A stretch of 64,000 nt of DNA. Source: Octopus bimaculoides (Eukaryota). Made by a program: the position numbers and the translations under genes. The notes under the pieces were generated by a model that searched no databases, was not told the origin of the DNA, and worked only from the letters and a program-made list of their open reading frames with translations. Of this stretch, positions 11,201-24,703 are shown in pieces. The stretch covers positions 6,823,517 through 6,887,516 of the forward strand of contig NC_068992.1 of NCBI RefSeq assembly GCF_001194135.2, read 5' to 3'. The first letter of the stretch is position 1. Every line of letters starts with the position of its first letter.

Positions 11201-12249
11201 TGTGTGTACACATATATATTTTAGTATGTGTGTATTCATAATAGAAATTCAAAGTTATAAGATAATTGTAGGCAATTATATAGCTGACATAACTGTTCCA
11301 TATATTAAATTTCCCAATACTGCATTTTATAAGTTGGATGAATTCTACTGTACAATCATTTTATCAATGTTAAACCCCCTTCGCACATTCTAATCTTGGC
11401 AAAGGAATAGTTTTATGACAAAGAAAACTGTCAGCAAAAATATTTAAAAGCTTTAAATAATTTCTAGCCATAAAATATATCATTTTTGAAGCAAAATATG
11501 AATATCTTTGTTCCATTACACAGGAAGTTATTATCAACATTAAATTTGAAGAAATTTTTCTATTCCTAACAATGGTTTTAACTTTATCTCCAGAAATACA
11601 ACACTTTATTCAATCACATTTATAATAAAAATAGTTTACTCAATTGCATGAGTAAAGACATATTATATTATATTGTTATATCTTGGGTCATAAGATTTTC
11701 CTTGTATTTCAAATTAAATTTTGGAAATTTCTTGTTATTTCTTTCCAAATAATTGTCATTTTCTGAAGCTTAAGTAAATATTTTGGAAAATATAGCAAAA
11801 ATTGATTAAACATATCAAACTAGATTTAAGGGGAAATACATAGCTGTATTTAGTTGAAATTCTTCTGTCCTGAGTTCAAAACTTTGTTGTCAGTCAACAT
11901 TGCCTGTTTTTTGTTTTTTTTTTCTAGGGACCACAAAGACAAAAATATATCAGGTACCAAAAATTCAGTTTTCTGGGAGTTTACTGTTCTATATTATTTA
12001 CCTATCATCTTTTTACTTGTTTCAGTCATTGGACTGGGACTATGATCGACTTTGAAGGGTTTGTGTCAAAAAGTTCAACCCCCAATATGCAGTTTTTTTA
12101 AAATCTAGTTCTTATTCTATCATTTTCTATTGCTGAACTGTTAAGTTACAGTTTTGCAAACAAACTAACATTCGTTGTCAAATGTTAGGATGACAAACAT
12201 ACACACACAAACACAGAGTTTCTCTCTCTCTCACACACACATACACACA

Positions 12250-12410
12250 ATGAGCTTCCACATAGTTTCCAGCTACCAAATCTCCTCACAAGGCACTGAT
12301 TGGCCTGGGGCTATAGAAGAGGACACTTGCCCAAAGTGGTGTGCAGTGGAACTGAACATGAAGCTGCATGATTACAAAGCCAGCTTATCTATACAGCCAT
12401 GCCTGCACTT
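12250..12410 (-). mobile_element. SINE family A, 5' part
   Basis: gggctatagaagaggacacttgcccaaagtggtgtgcagtggaactgaac...atacagccatgcctgcac aligns to 2780-2890. Confidence 0.75.
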
Positions 12411-12469
12411 ATATGAGAAGTTGTTGTTTTTTTAATAGTGTTGTTCCTATAATAACCCACTTTGCCAAT

Positions 12470-12693
12470 GTGTTTAAATTCATCTTAAAATAATCAAGAA
12501 TGTTGAGACCTTTGGTAAAATAACTAAATTTATCATGATCAAACTGGTGTTTAGAGCATAACTTTTGGTCCTCACATAAAATTTCAATGGAAATCTTAAT
12601 TAAAATAGAAACACAGTTTGAAATGAAAGGTTTTGTTCCGTTTTATCATAGAGCTGGAGATGGTTTCAGATAGATTGCTATGAAAGGGGTTAA
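12470..12693 (+). mobile_element. TTAA-ended non-autonomous element, piggyBac-like MITE, diverged
   Basis: Ends ...gaaaggggTTAA. Related bodies with the same end occur at 13300-13443, 17040-17151, 29460-29724 (aaaagggTTAA) and 34115-34290 (-). The left ends are degraded. Confidence 0.45.
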
Positions 12694-13074
12694 CACATAG
12701 TTCTAGCTGGTGTTCTTATGGCAGACATTTGATTAAAGCAGTTCTAGCTGTGAACATCAAGTCTTTTTGGATATTTAGGGTTATCTAATCTAATTCTTTT
12801 AAAAGACAATAATATGATTTGAAAGAGATAAGGCTGCTATTTCTAGCAGATCTAGCATCCACATTAAGGTTCCTGTTACAGCTTCGTCTCTAGTGTGCTC
12901 CTGTCTTTAACTTTTTTGTTATGATATATGTGTTGAAATACACATTGTTTCATTATGACATTCACTTTGTAACTATATAGTTTAGAGTTCAATCCTACTG
13001 TACAGCACCTAGTTTTCTACTATAGCTCAGGGCCTACAATTGCCTTGTGAGTACATTTTGTAAATGGAAACTCT

Positions 13075-13300
13075 GTGGAAATCCATTGTGTGTGTGTCTT
13101 TGTTTGTCCCCTCCACCACTTGATAGTTGTTGTTGGTTTGTTTACACCCCTGTAACTTAACAGTTTGATAAAAGAGTCCATTAGAATAAATACCAGACTT
13201 AAAATGAGTACTAGGGTCCATTTGTTTGACTAACTTTAAACAGAAGGGCTCCAGCATGGCTGCAGTTCAATAATTGAGACAAGTAATAGAGTAAAAAGAA
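13075..13300 (+). mobile_element. SINE family A, 3' half
   Basis: gtgtgtcttgtttgtcccctccaccacttga...ctccagcatggctgcagttcaataattgagacaagtaatagagtaaaaagaa matches 55320-55535. Confidence 0.75.
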
Positions 13301-15544
13301 GACTTTGTTAAACTGATGCCATGAACATAATAAATGAATGTAAAATTTTGATGGAATGTTTTACTTTAGACCATTTTTAAACAGGAAGTTTGTCTCATAA
13401 GACCAGGGGCAGTATCTGGCAGTTTGATAACAAAAGATTTAAGGCATGAAGGAATCATTAAGATAATTATAATTGATTGAATTTACACAAGTGTTGATGT
13501 AGTGGATATGTAAAGAGTTGTTTAATGATAATAATAATGCTTTAGAGGAAACATAATTAATGTATTACATTAATTATTGTTAATATTGTCAGTCATTAAA
13601 CCCTTGATATTCACGGTGTCTCAGTTCCAACTAAGCAAACAATGAACCGTAGATTTAATGATTATACTCTTCCTCGTTTCCTCATAATGTTTATTTACTT
13701 GGGATAATAGACTCATATAACTGTACACTGCATTCATCAAAATAAGAAGCTGTCTTGGATTAACAAGAGAGTCTCTACATGACTACTCAACCTAGTAGAA
13801 AAAGTAGCCAGTTTTCTCTCAACCACACCCTATTATCTTTAAGAAATGATACTCCAGGGTATACATATGTCCGAAAAAGAAAACAAGATGTCCATGGTTA
13901 TAATGCTTTTGACCATAGGACTGCTTAGACAAGGTTGTCTTGTGGGTCCAAGCAACAATATCAATATGTGGTTTACAACCTTCTCTCTAAACACACTAAG
14001 AAATATATCCAGAACTGAAACTTCTCAGATCTAAATTTTAGATCCGTTACTGAAGATAACAATTATTCACTCTGATACTACCTTTTGGCATCATCATATC
14101 TGTTATTATATCGCTTCTTTAGAAAGGACTTGCTGGACATACTCTACATTCATTTTGAACCACTTCTTGCATCTGCTTGCCTCTCAGCTCTGACCATGCA
14201 TCTTGCATGACTGCTTTCTAAAACCCCAAAACATACTTTATTTCTCTCCTCTCAAATAAAGTAACCACCCAGTTTTCTGAACTTCATCATAAATTAGCTA
14301 ATCTAATAACCTAATATATCTCTCATCTCCTGCACTCTTCTGATATGAGGGACGCAGACTTTCTTCTTCAGTCATCAGAATTTTAAAATATTTTTCCTGA
14401 ATTCAGAACATTTGGGGAAAAGAATATTTATAAGAGTCATTATCTGATCTGAGATACCTGTTACTGACTGCTAACTCTAATGGAAATACTTCACTTCCAT
14501 TCAGAAGATAGAAAATTTAGTGACATAGATATGAGCAGAAATCTTTCATGAAAATTAGCAAAGTAAGTTTATCAGAAAACACAAGAACAATGTGATTAAT
14601 TTTCCAGATAAGAATAACTGTTTCTGAAAGAGAATTATTTATTAAATATATTGCTTGTGTACACCTTCAAAGGAAACTAACTTGTAGAAATAACTATCAG
14701 GTTGGTATTGATAATATCACACAGAAGAAATGTTTCAGAGAGGAAACCGGGTGAAATAGGAAAATATTAAATTTCTTTTTATCCCTGGCAGAAAAACGGA
14801 TTGCCATACAATATCAATCATATATTAAGTCTCAGTACCAGAGAAGACTCCAATTCCATTATTTAATCTCTGTTTTTTATTATCTGATAATATAGAACTT
14901 TTATAAAAACTCATTATCTTGAAGGCAACGGTTTTGTTTTTATCATATATTTTTATTTTGTTTTGTTTACAATTCATTTGATGACTAGTTCATATGAGTT
15001 TCTCAAAAACAATTTAAGTATCAAAGAAAAAAATAAACTCACAGAGCCTTAAAGATACATATTTTATTTTGAGAATGCTGTAACATGAAAACCAGCTTTT
15101 ATAACTTACTTTCAGGAGGTATTATGGGCTTTTCAGTAAATCAATCTTTAAGTTTGTTTTTTCTTTTTTGTGTTTCTATCAACTTTGTATTTTGATTGGT
15201 CTATTTTCTGATCATGTTCAGATATCCTATATATTCTTAACTATATCCATATGATGGTTAAAGGCTGTGTGTGCATTTAGAAGTAGGGCTCAAGACGTTA
15301 TTCTGCAAATATATCAGTCAAAATATGATGGATTTTTTTTGTCAGTTTTGATAATGAGTTTTCAGTTGTTCAGTCACGTGAACTACCGACACATTCTGTT
15401 AATGGGAAAGAGGTTGAGTATTCCACAGATATCGAATCCTAAACACAATTCTCAGGCCAAATTATCATGACAAAATATGTTAGAAAACTGAACCGTTGGG
15501 TTGTTGGAAAGAGTATGTGTAGAGAAATAATATGGAAGCTTATT

Positions 15545-15705
15545 GGATGATATAAACCATTGCCCAACTCACTCACAAACCCTTGACTGATCCAAGGCTT
15601 ATGGTAAAACACACATTCCCAAGATGTTACACAGTGAGATTTGAACCCAGGATCTTATTATTATGAAGCAAACTTCTTAACTGTTTGACCATGACTGCAT
15701 CCTCT
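15545..15705 (-). mobile_element. SINE family A, 5' part, diverged
   Basis: ctcactcacaaacccttgactgatccaaggcttatggta...tttgaacccagg...gaagcaaacttcttaac. Confidence 0.6.
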
Positions 15706-18700
15706 AATCAAAATATAAGGTAGAGAGGAATATAAAAGATTAGTTTATTGGTTCAGTACACAGTAACTCATTAAAAAAAAATATAATGTAATTATCTTAA
15801 AGGCATAAACAGAACAATCAGATAACATTTAATGAAGAAAGCTGTGGAAAATATAGATATAAATATCTTAGAAGAGCGAATTAATAAATTTGTATTTAAT
15901 CCTCTCCCGTAAGGAATATCTTAAATTGGAACTTGATAATAAGGTTATATTTCTAAAATATAACCTTGGAAGGAGTAAATAGATTCAGAGATCCATAATT
16001 TTACATTGTTATTTTTCTTTCTTTACTACTAATAAATGTTCCCCCTAAATATCTCTGCAAATGTAATATTCTGACTGATTCTTACATCAGATCTGTAGGA
16101 ATTATGTTTCTATATTTATTAATAACTAAAATAACCATTAACAAAAAAAAAAGAAAGAAAAAATTATTGATTCTCTGCAGCAAATTTTTAGGTCAATATT
16201 GGCTTAGACTTGTTTTTAAAGAGTACATATTTTTTTAATTTCTTTTCTGTTTTTGTTTTTAAATATAATTCTTAAATGCAGAAAAGTAGTAATGTCCATA
16301 ACCACTTTCGGGATCTTTGTTACTAAAAGAAAGAAAGGACAAAGCTATTCCCAAAACTGAGACTTTACTTTACTCTAGCAACAGAATGAAATCCACTAAA
16401 GATGCTTCACTGTTAGTTGCAGGGTTGTGATAAACCAAGCAACAGATTAGATCTAACACCCCAAAACAGGAAGGTACTATTTAATTGACTCTAGAAGAAT
16501 GAGAAGCAGAGCTGACCTTACTGGGATTTGAACTCAGAAGACAAAATAAAAGGTACACTTCTAGATATAGCATACAAATTCTACTAAACCTATAACTTAT
16601 AAATGTATTTTCATGTTTTAGTTCGAAAGATATTTTGAAATTATGGTTTTATTTTTAAGACATTGTTCTCTTTAAACCAACAAAAAGCTCTCTGCACAGT
16701 TACTACATTGGCTAACTATAGCAACAAACTTTTCTCATATCACACACCCCATACTGTTTTGAAACAGGAAAAGCACATTGAACAATAATGTAGTCTTTGA
16801 TAGACAGAATGATGAGATGGTCAAGGATGGAATGTCTTTGGTTTATAGGGCTGATTGATCAGATCTTTGGTGAAACAACAGCAACAACTATTTTGTCTGC
16901 AAAAGCTTCTATGTGACTTTGTAATGTACTAAATTTTAAACCTCTATAGATCAAATTTCAAATGAAACACTTTTTTTAAATGGTCAGCAATTTGACACTA
17001 TTAAGCTGATATTTGGAACATAACTTATTGAAAGGTTCTTATAAAGAATTATAATGGGAAGTTTTAATTTAAATATGAACACTTTCAAATTATAGGTTTT
17101 GTATTATGAAACCAGAATCCATCTTGGGTTGATTGGTATTGAAAGAGTTAAATATGAATTTGGTTACTTTGTTTTTTCTTTTTTTCACAATTGAATAGCT
17201 TAATGATGCAAAATAGAGAAAATAAATAAAAGAACAAAGAAAAAAAACAAGTAAGCTAAAAACTATCTGTTGATATATATATATGTACATCTTAGTATGC
17301 ACATCTACAACAAATAAAACTTCTAAATTGTTATTCAAACATTTCTTTCTTTTGGGTGAAAGGAGCAGGGGTGAGTGGTTCGGGGAATGATGTTCGAAAT
17401 ATGCAGCTGCCAATACATGGAGATGAGGTAGGATTGGATTGCAGTTGCTAGTATTTTCCTAGAAGGTTTTGTGCTTGATTATTTGCTCTATTTGCATCAG
17501 TGTACCTAAGAGATTAGGTATTGATTTGTTTTAGAAGTTAAGTTTTGATAAATTAGTGATATTTCCAAAGGAAATTTTCTTTATTCAACCTATTGCTAAG
17601 AAAAATTGAAAATTACCAAATAAAGCTTTTGTCTAAAATGCAAGATAAAAAAAAAAGAAACAACAAAGAATAAAAGTACAAATGCATAAAACAAAAACAA
17701 TCGTATATGACATTAATATAGTTCTTGTAAATCTTATTAGTTCAATCAGTTAAGTAAGATCTTTGTAGTTTACTGAATACATTGTGATATAATAAATGTA
17801 AGTGAAGGTGTAAGATGATTAATAAAAGGAATCACAACAATGATTAAGAAAAGGGGACTGGAATGAAGGAACTTCTGTTCATATGATTATTTGACCTACA
17901 TGAAATAGCAGCTAAATCATTCTAAAACTGCATCCTAATGGATTTAAAAGAAGGAAGAAGACACTGGACAATGTAATACAAGGTACAATATGCTTGAAGA
18001 ACAATAACAGAGAATGATCCAGTTATGGTTGGGAAACCTTTGAGTCTAGGTTTGCTTGATCAGGGCTTCTCTAGAACTAAATGATAGAAACTGCAACAAT
18101 ACAGGAGAGAACTAAATTTATATGATCTATTTTAACGAACACTAATCATGAAATGAAATTTTTGTTTTAATAAAACAAAATAACAGCAAACTCTACCAAA
18201 TCCATTATTGTATTAAGTTCTGGCATGCAAATCAACAATAAAACTTTTGACAGTTTAGAAATTTTCTAAGAAAAGTTGAATTGTGGATTTTAACTTTTGA
18301 TGAGACTAACTTTCTTCACTTAGCAATCCAATTCACTGTTCCCCGACACCATCACTACTGTTTGCTATTACAGTGACACCCACTCTGTGCTTCTTTCTCT
18401 TTACCTCAGGTTTCCTTGCCTGACTTGTACAGGTTTGGTTTGGTTTGACTCCAGCTGCTTCTGTCATAGCAGTTTATTCTTGTCTCCATGTTATTTCTAC
18501 CATTCTGCCATCATTGATACTGTCTTCTGTTACAACCACCATGAATTTGCATTAACTTATTTACTCATTTGCACTTCTCTATTTTGCCCTATTCGACCCA
18601 CTTACCTTCATTTGTTTCCCTTCTATCCACCTCTCTCACTCCCTCTGCTGATGCCTCTGTCACCACTACTCACTGTTGCAGTCACCACCCACCTTGCACT

Positions 18701-20277
18701 GTAGCATGATCGGTACTCTTCTTTTTTACTTCATACCCCTCCCTCCATATTCCTCGGTTTGGTTTGCTTCCATCACATTTATCATAACAGCCCATTCATA
18801 CCGCACATTCTGTTATCACTATTACCACTGCTGTCCATTATTACAGTCACCATCCTCCCCAGCCCTGTGATGTATTCCAGCCCATTTAGGAGGTCTCTTG
18901 TTTGCAGTTCCAGATATCACTTCACTTCTGCTCAGTTTAAGTCTCGGCCCTATATTATTAAAATGCATACCATAAGAACATAGTGTTGGTACATCCCTAA
19001 TTTTGTACCTTTGCATAATGATTTTTTCATTGTGACAAGTCATAGTCAACTGTGGTAAAGTCTACTCGTTATTGATGAGGTCTTAATGATGCAGAAACAT
19101 GTTCAAACTTTTCTCTCATAATTGACTTACAAACGAAAATAATATTAATCATTTACAATTATTGGTTTCTTTTTCCTTACTGCATATCTATTTCTAGTTA
19201 AATTTTTATTGCACTTTACACTAAATTTAATAACATTAATTTAACTATACAACTGATATTGTATAATGTATTTTAGCCTTCTTGTAGTTTGAAATCAAAC
19301 TATATTTCTATATTTGATCAATCATAAATACTTTTGAACAGTTAACTTTTTTTCAGCTGAACATTTTTGATTAATTCAAATTAGTATCTATTTTATTTAT
19401 TTATTTATTATTATTATTAATATTATTATTATAATCATTATTTGCAAAAACTGACTAGCTTTCATATTTTCATCCTTATTTATAATCTATTTCAAAATAT
19501 TTTTTATCAATTCATATTTTGTGTGTCACTATATATAACTTAATATCATTTTTTTTTTCCTATATGTGTATTTTTTCAGCTTTTTTTTTTCAATAAGTCA
19601 TTTTTCCTGTTACTCTATTGTTAACCTCCTAGTGAGTACTAAACATTAAATGAATAACTGCACGTAGGGATTATAAATCGCAGTGGGGTATTCTATATTC
19701 TTTCATTTAATACACTTCATATTTGCACGAAGGTCTGGACAGCATATTGTTGAGCGCTCAACAGTTCGTTTATCTCTGCAACTAGGAATCAAATCAACTT
19801 ATTGATTATCTGTGTCAGATTGCTACCTGCTGTGAAGCTGTCTATAGTCAATCCAATCAAAGCATGCTGTTATTCTAAACATTGCTCTTTCTTTTTCTCT
19901 TATTTTCTCTATCACTCACATTCTCAATTTTGTCTTGATGTTTATTATTATCATTATCATTATTATTATTATTATTTTCTTTTTAAACTATCTACAATGT
20001 TTCCTATATCTTATCTGAAAGAAGCTTGCTGTTATCTTTCCTAATTTGTTCTTATTTGGAGGATGCCAGCATTAACTGATCGATTGAAGTATAGATTTTT
20101 GAGCATATAAATCAAGTTTCCATTTCAACTACATTTTTACCTAGCCATCCAGGGAGCTTTTACTGAATCACACTATCTGGTAGAAATAGCAGTCAAATCT
20201 CCTTCGAATCACATGCTGGGTCTTTAAATAGAAAGAACTCACTGGAAATGTTGTTTTATTTATATACACACACACAC

Positions 20278-20353
20278 ACTCAGTAAATGAAAAATGCATT
20301 AAATACTAGAAAATGTACACGTAGGTCAGACACAGAATGACCTTAATTCTTCA
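20278..20353 (+). mobile_element. Solo arm of the palindromic MITE at 20919-21100
   Basis: ctcagtaaatgaaaaatgcattaaatactagaaaatgtacacgtaggtcagacacagaatgaccttaattcttca matches the left arm. Confidence 0.75.
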
Positions 20354-20918
20354 TGAGTTATCGACCAAAGGTACTAATACTCAGTTTTGTGCCTTTAAAT
20401 GATAAAACTGAGAACTTTGTATATTGGCAGCACTCACAAAATTTGTGGAGAGTTAAAACTCGAGCAAACAAGACAATACAGGGAGGACATAAGAAAGTAA
20501 ACCAATGTAATTTGAAATGATAGACGAAGACAGAATAAATACAGCCTTTTGGCTAAACACGAGAGTGATGGGTAATGCCTAGAAGAAATCTTCAGTGGAT
20601 ATAAAAAGAGAAATAGTAAGAGAGGAGAAAGTGTTGACCAGCCAGTCAAGCATCTGGTGGTGAAAAGGTAGAGATGAGAAAACTAGTCAAGGGTCTCATG
20701 TGAAAAGTAGATAGAGGGGAAGGAGGATGAGAAAGAGGGAGAGAAAAAGGAAAGGAGAAAGTTTACAATTAAGTGTGAGAAGATGAGAGAGAGGGAGAGA
20801 GGAAGTAGGGATGCTAGAAAATGAATAAGAGGATGTGAGAGAAAGAAAGAAAGAAGAAAGTCGCAAAAAATCTATGGAAACTTACTGTTAACACAAGCCA
20901 GGATGCATGGTGTTCAGT

Positions 20919-21100
20919 TACTCAATAAATGAAAAATGCATTAGATACTACAAAATGTACATGTAGGACAGACACAGACGGACCCTAATTCTTCATCACT
21001 GTTGAAGAATTAGGGTTTATCACTGAATAATTAGGGTCCTTCTGTGTTTGTCCTACATGTACATTTTGTAGTATTTAATGCATTTTTCATTTATTGAGTA
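20919..21100. mobile_element. Palindromic TA-flanked MITE, Tc1/mariner-type target
   Basis: 72-bp inverted arms (20919-20990 and 21029-21100) with 3 mismatches, beginning and ending with TA, separated by a 38-bp spacer. Confidence 0.88.
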
Positions 21101-21130
21101 GATAGATATTATATATAATTTAGATAGATA

Positions 21131-21176
<46 letters not shown>

Positions 21177-21904
21177 GGCATGGCCAAGGTCATAATGCTT
21201 TTGAGATCATAAACCTGCTTAATTAAGGTTGATTTGGAGCTAACAAGCAACAGCAAAACAACTATTGCTACTGCTACTATTACTACCACTACTACTGCTG
21301 ACGTCACTGCCACCACCACTGTATTGTACATATTGTTAATCTCTCCTTGAAGTTAATTGTAAACTCTTTGGTCATGACTTGGCATTCACTACTGAAATCA
21401 TATTGAAAAGTACTTTCATTTATCATTGAACTTACTGAAGAAGTAAAAAAAAAAATGAAAAGAACCAGGATTGGTTGTTGTTTTTGTTGTTTTTTCACAT
21501 GGAGTTGCTAATAATTTTATTTGTCCAGACTCATTTTATAGAAATTGATGAGCTGAGCGTTTTGAAAATTTTTTATGTTTTGAAATCCTATTGATGTATT
21601 TTACTTGGTGTTTGTGAATAAAGCATCAATAGTGTTTCTTAACGCTAACAATGAAATTCTGCAATGTGATTGATGGATTTAGTTGTACTTCTTGAATGTT
21701 GGGCAGCCACTTAAAGAACCTGTCATTGGTTTTTTCTGTGAGTTGAGAGACCAATGCTGAAGGAGTAGCCTCAGATGTATATAGCATGCAAATATAGAAT
21801 GTGTCTGGTCTAGGTTTTTTGTTTTTTTTTGTAAGGGACTATGCTTTTTCCTCAGAAACCTATATATTCTCCTCCTCCTCCTGGCACTCTTTCACTTACG
21901 ACAA

Positions 21905-22195
21905 GTATTCCAGCTGATTCGATCAACGAAACAGCCTTTATTGTGAAATTAACATGCAAGTAGCAGAGCATTTCACAAACATGAGTACCCTTAACATAGT
22001 TCTCAGGGAGATTCAGAATGACACACAGAATATAACAAAGGTGGCCCTTTGAACTGCACGTACAACTCATTTTTGCCAGCTGAGTGAACTGAAGCAACAT
22101 GACAGTGTTTTGCTCGAGGACGCAACATGCCGCTGGGAATCGAAATCATGACCATACAAGCCAAATACCCGAACCACTGAGCCACATTCCTCAAC
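21905..22195 (-). mobile_element. tRNA-headed SINE family B
   Basis: The reverse complement has the head gaggaatgtggctcagtggttcgggta...gatttcgattcccagcgg. The body gtgaaattaacatgcaagtagcagagca is shared with 505-815 and 53570-53988. Confidence 0.8.
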
Positions 22196-23128
22196 AACCC
22201 TCTATGCTGTAACAACTTCTTCTCCAAGTGAAAAAATTCTGTCTGAGCCAATCATTTCCAGCTGTTTTTGCTTAAGAAAACTATTTGTCCAGTGGCAGGG
22301 AACACAAGCTGAAATATATGTGATTACAATAGAGATACTTTTAGATAGACTCAATTTAAGTCAAATAGACACATTTGCTCCCCTCTAAACACCCAGACCC
22401 AGTTATGTATATAAATTCAGTCAAACTTATAGATCTAACCATCTACCCAGCTTCATAGAGTTGGTCAGAAAGAGATAGAATCTTTTAATGACTTACTCTC
22501 ACACATTTATACTATCTCACTCAGACATATTAGATATAATATTGATCAAGAGGAAATATGTATATACATGTGCATGCACACGCACACACACACACATGCA
22601 CGCACACATGTCTCCAAAACATTAAATCCCAATTAATGAAGAAACACCATAGAGAAGGAAATGGTTATTTGTGAGGTTTTCTCATGTAATGTGATCTATG
22701 ATGTAAATGATTACAAGAGATAAGAACTGCCTCAAACTGGACACGTTCCAGAGTGTTGGCTAGAGGTAGTCTTGGTCAAAGTGTACAGCATAAGTCAATT
22801 ACGAAATTGGTTTTCTATATCTTTGCCAATGTTTTCAATACAGCGCTTCTTTTCTTTCCATCTTCCAGTTTAGGCAAAGTTATTTTTACTTCCCACCCAG
22901 CTATCCCACCCTTTACTTTACTCTTTAATACCACCTCAGTTTCACTTACAACCCTCCTCAACTTCATTTACAAACCATCACCATATTTTCTTCATTTCTA
23001 ATGAAGGCTCAAATCTGTGTTTGTTATCTTTAGATCAATGACTATGGGCGATAACCCAAGCCTCTGTAAGAATGCCATTTATCTATTTAATTCTTAGAAC
23101 TTTTCTCAGGGTACAGCTAACAACAAAC

Positions 23129-23169
<41 letters not shown>

Positions 23170-24283
23170 ATATATATATTCTGGTGGTTTCATTGTTGAT
23201 ATACCTAAATTTAGAAGGCTAAAAGGATTGAGTGGGGTTTGGTTATGAAGAGCCAATATCAATACTTAATTCCATATGTAAAAACATGTTTACAATATTG
23301 TGTACATTTGTGTGATTTCCAAGTGCACATGCAGATGCATGTTGCAATATGCCAGTGACAGAGTCTCAGTTATATTACGCATTAAATTTAGAACAATCTA
23401 TTTTGAGTATTTTCCATTATTTTCATCATGACACATGCAAGATTTTTTTTTTTCTGTATTTATTTCAGTTACCAATACTTTGTATAAAAATCATAACATA
23501 TCTTTGATTGAAATATTATTTGAATGTCTTATGTGATATGCATGTGGTTTCAGAAAATATTTTGAGTTTTACTGATGTTTCGATAAATATTAAATATGAT
23601 GTTTATAACAAGCAATCACCAAATATACTTAGAGGGAAAATCACTGTAAGGATACTGAATCAATTAGGGAGTTTCTATTTTAGTATTTACAAAAACAAAT
23701 TAGCTATGGGTTGCATGTTAAAGAAGTTTACTTTTCAACTGTATCATTCTGGTTTTGCTTTGGTTTGAGGGTAAAAGTATCTTCTATGATGGATTCAGCT
23801 TAATTAATACCATTCAGTGGAAATTTGGTGGATGAAACTCTGTGGAAGCACATCGTGTGTGTGTGTGTGTGTGATTTTTTATTCATATTAGCAAAATACA
23901 TTATATGAGCAAAAAAATGGAATAAACTATCAGAGTATTCATTATGGTATTTTTCCTGGTCCTTAATATATTCCGTCAAGCAATAAACCTCAAACAATAA
24001 AACCATTGTTTCTTTGCTTGTTTGAAATGGCAAAAATTTGAAAAACCTACAAGAATAGGTGCAAGCACTAATATTTATAAAACATGTGACATATTGATGA
24101 AAATCTGTAAATGTACAACCATCCATATATCTGAGTACCTTATTATTTTTCCTAATATATAATTCCTGTACATCACCTCCAAACCTTCCAATATATATAT
24201 ATGATAAAATTATGTGGTAAGGATTCAACAAGTAAAATAAGCAAGTAGAATAGTACTTGATCAGCTAAGAGAGTAAAGATAAT

Positions 24284-24647
24284 ATTATAATAAAAACCAC
24301 AAATCTTGTTAATTACAGCTACCCAGGGTTTCGTAGCTGAAACATTTTTTTTTTTTTTNNNNNNNNNNNNNNNNNNNNNNNNNNNNNNNNNNNNNNNNNN
24401 NNNNNNNNNNNNNNNNNNNNNNNNNNNNNNNNNNNNNNNNNNNNNNNNNNNNNNNNNNNNNNNNNNNNNNNNNNNNNNNNNNNNNNNNNNNNNNNNNNNN
24501 NNNNNNNCTTTAACGCAAATGACGTCACCTGCTTTAAAGCAACGGTCAAACCATCTTGCTCTCAGCTTGAAAAATGGTGAAGTAAATGTTTCAGCCATGA
24601 AACCCCGGGTAGCTGTAATTAACAAGACTTGTGGTTTTTAGTATAAT
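24284..24647. mobile_element. Long-TIR foldback/MITE of unassigned superfamily with an N-gap inside
   Basis: Inverted arms of about 64 bp at 24284-24348 and 24584-24647 with about 5 mismatches. No clear TSD. Confidence 0.8.
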
Positions 24648-24652
24648 GCTAC

Positions 24653-24653
<1 letters not shown>

Positions 24654-24701
<48 letters not shown>
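24654..24701 (+). repeat. (CA)n microsatellite
   Basis: Read directly. Confidence 0.97.

Positions 24702-24703
<2 letters not shown>

Noticed and set aside
19748-19763. Perfect 16-bp palindrome tgttgagcgctcaaca resembling the symmetric lac operator core
   Set aside because: About one such palindrome is expected by chance in 64 kb, and there is no bacterial or vector context.
23800-24231. 143-aa minus ORF
   Set aside because: It begins in (AT)n, ends in a (CA)-derived HTHTH run, has no recognisable domain and lacks a convincing splice-site pair.
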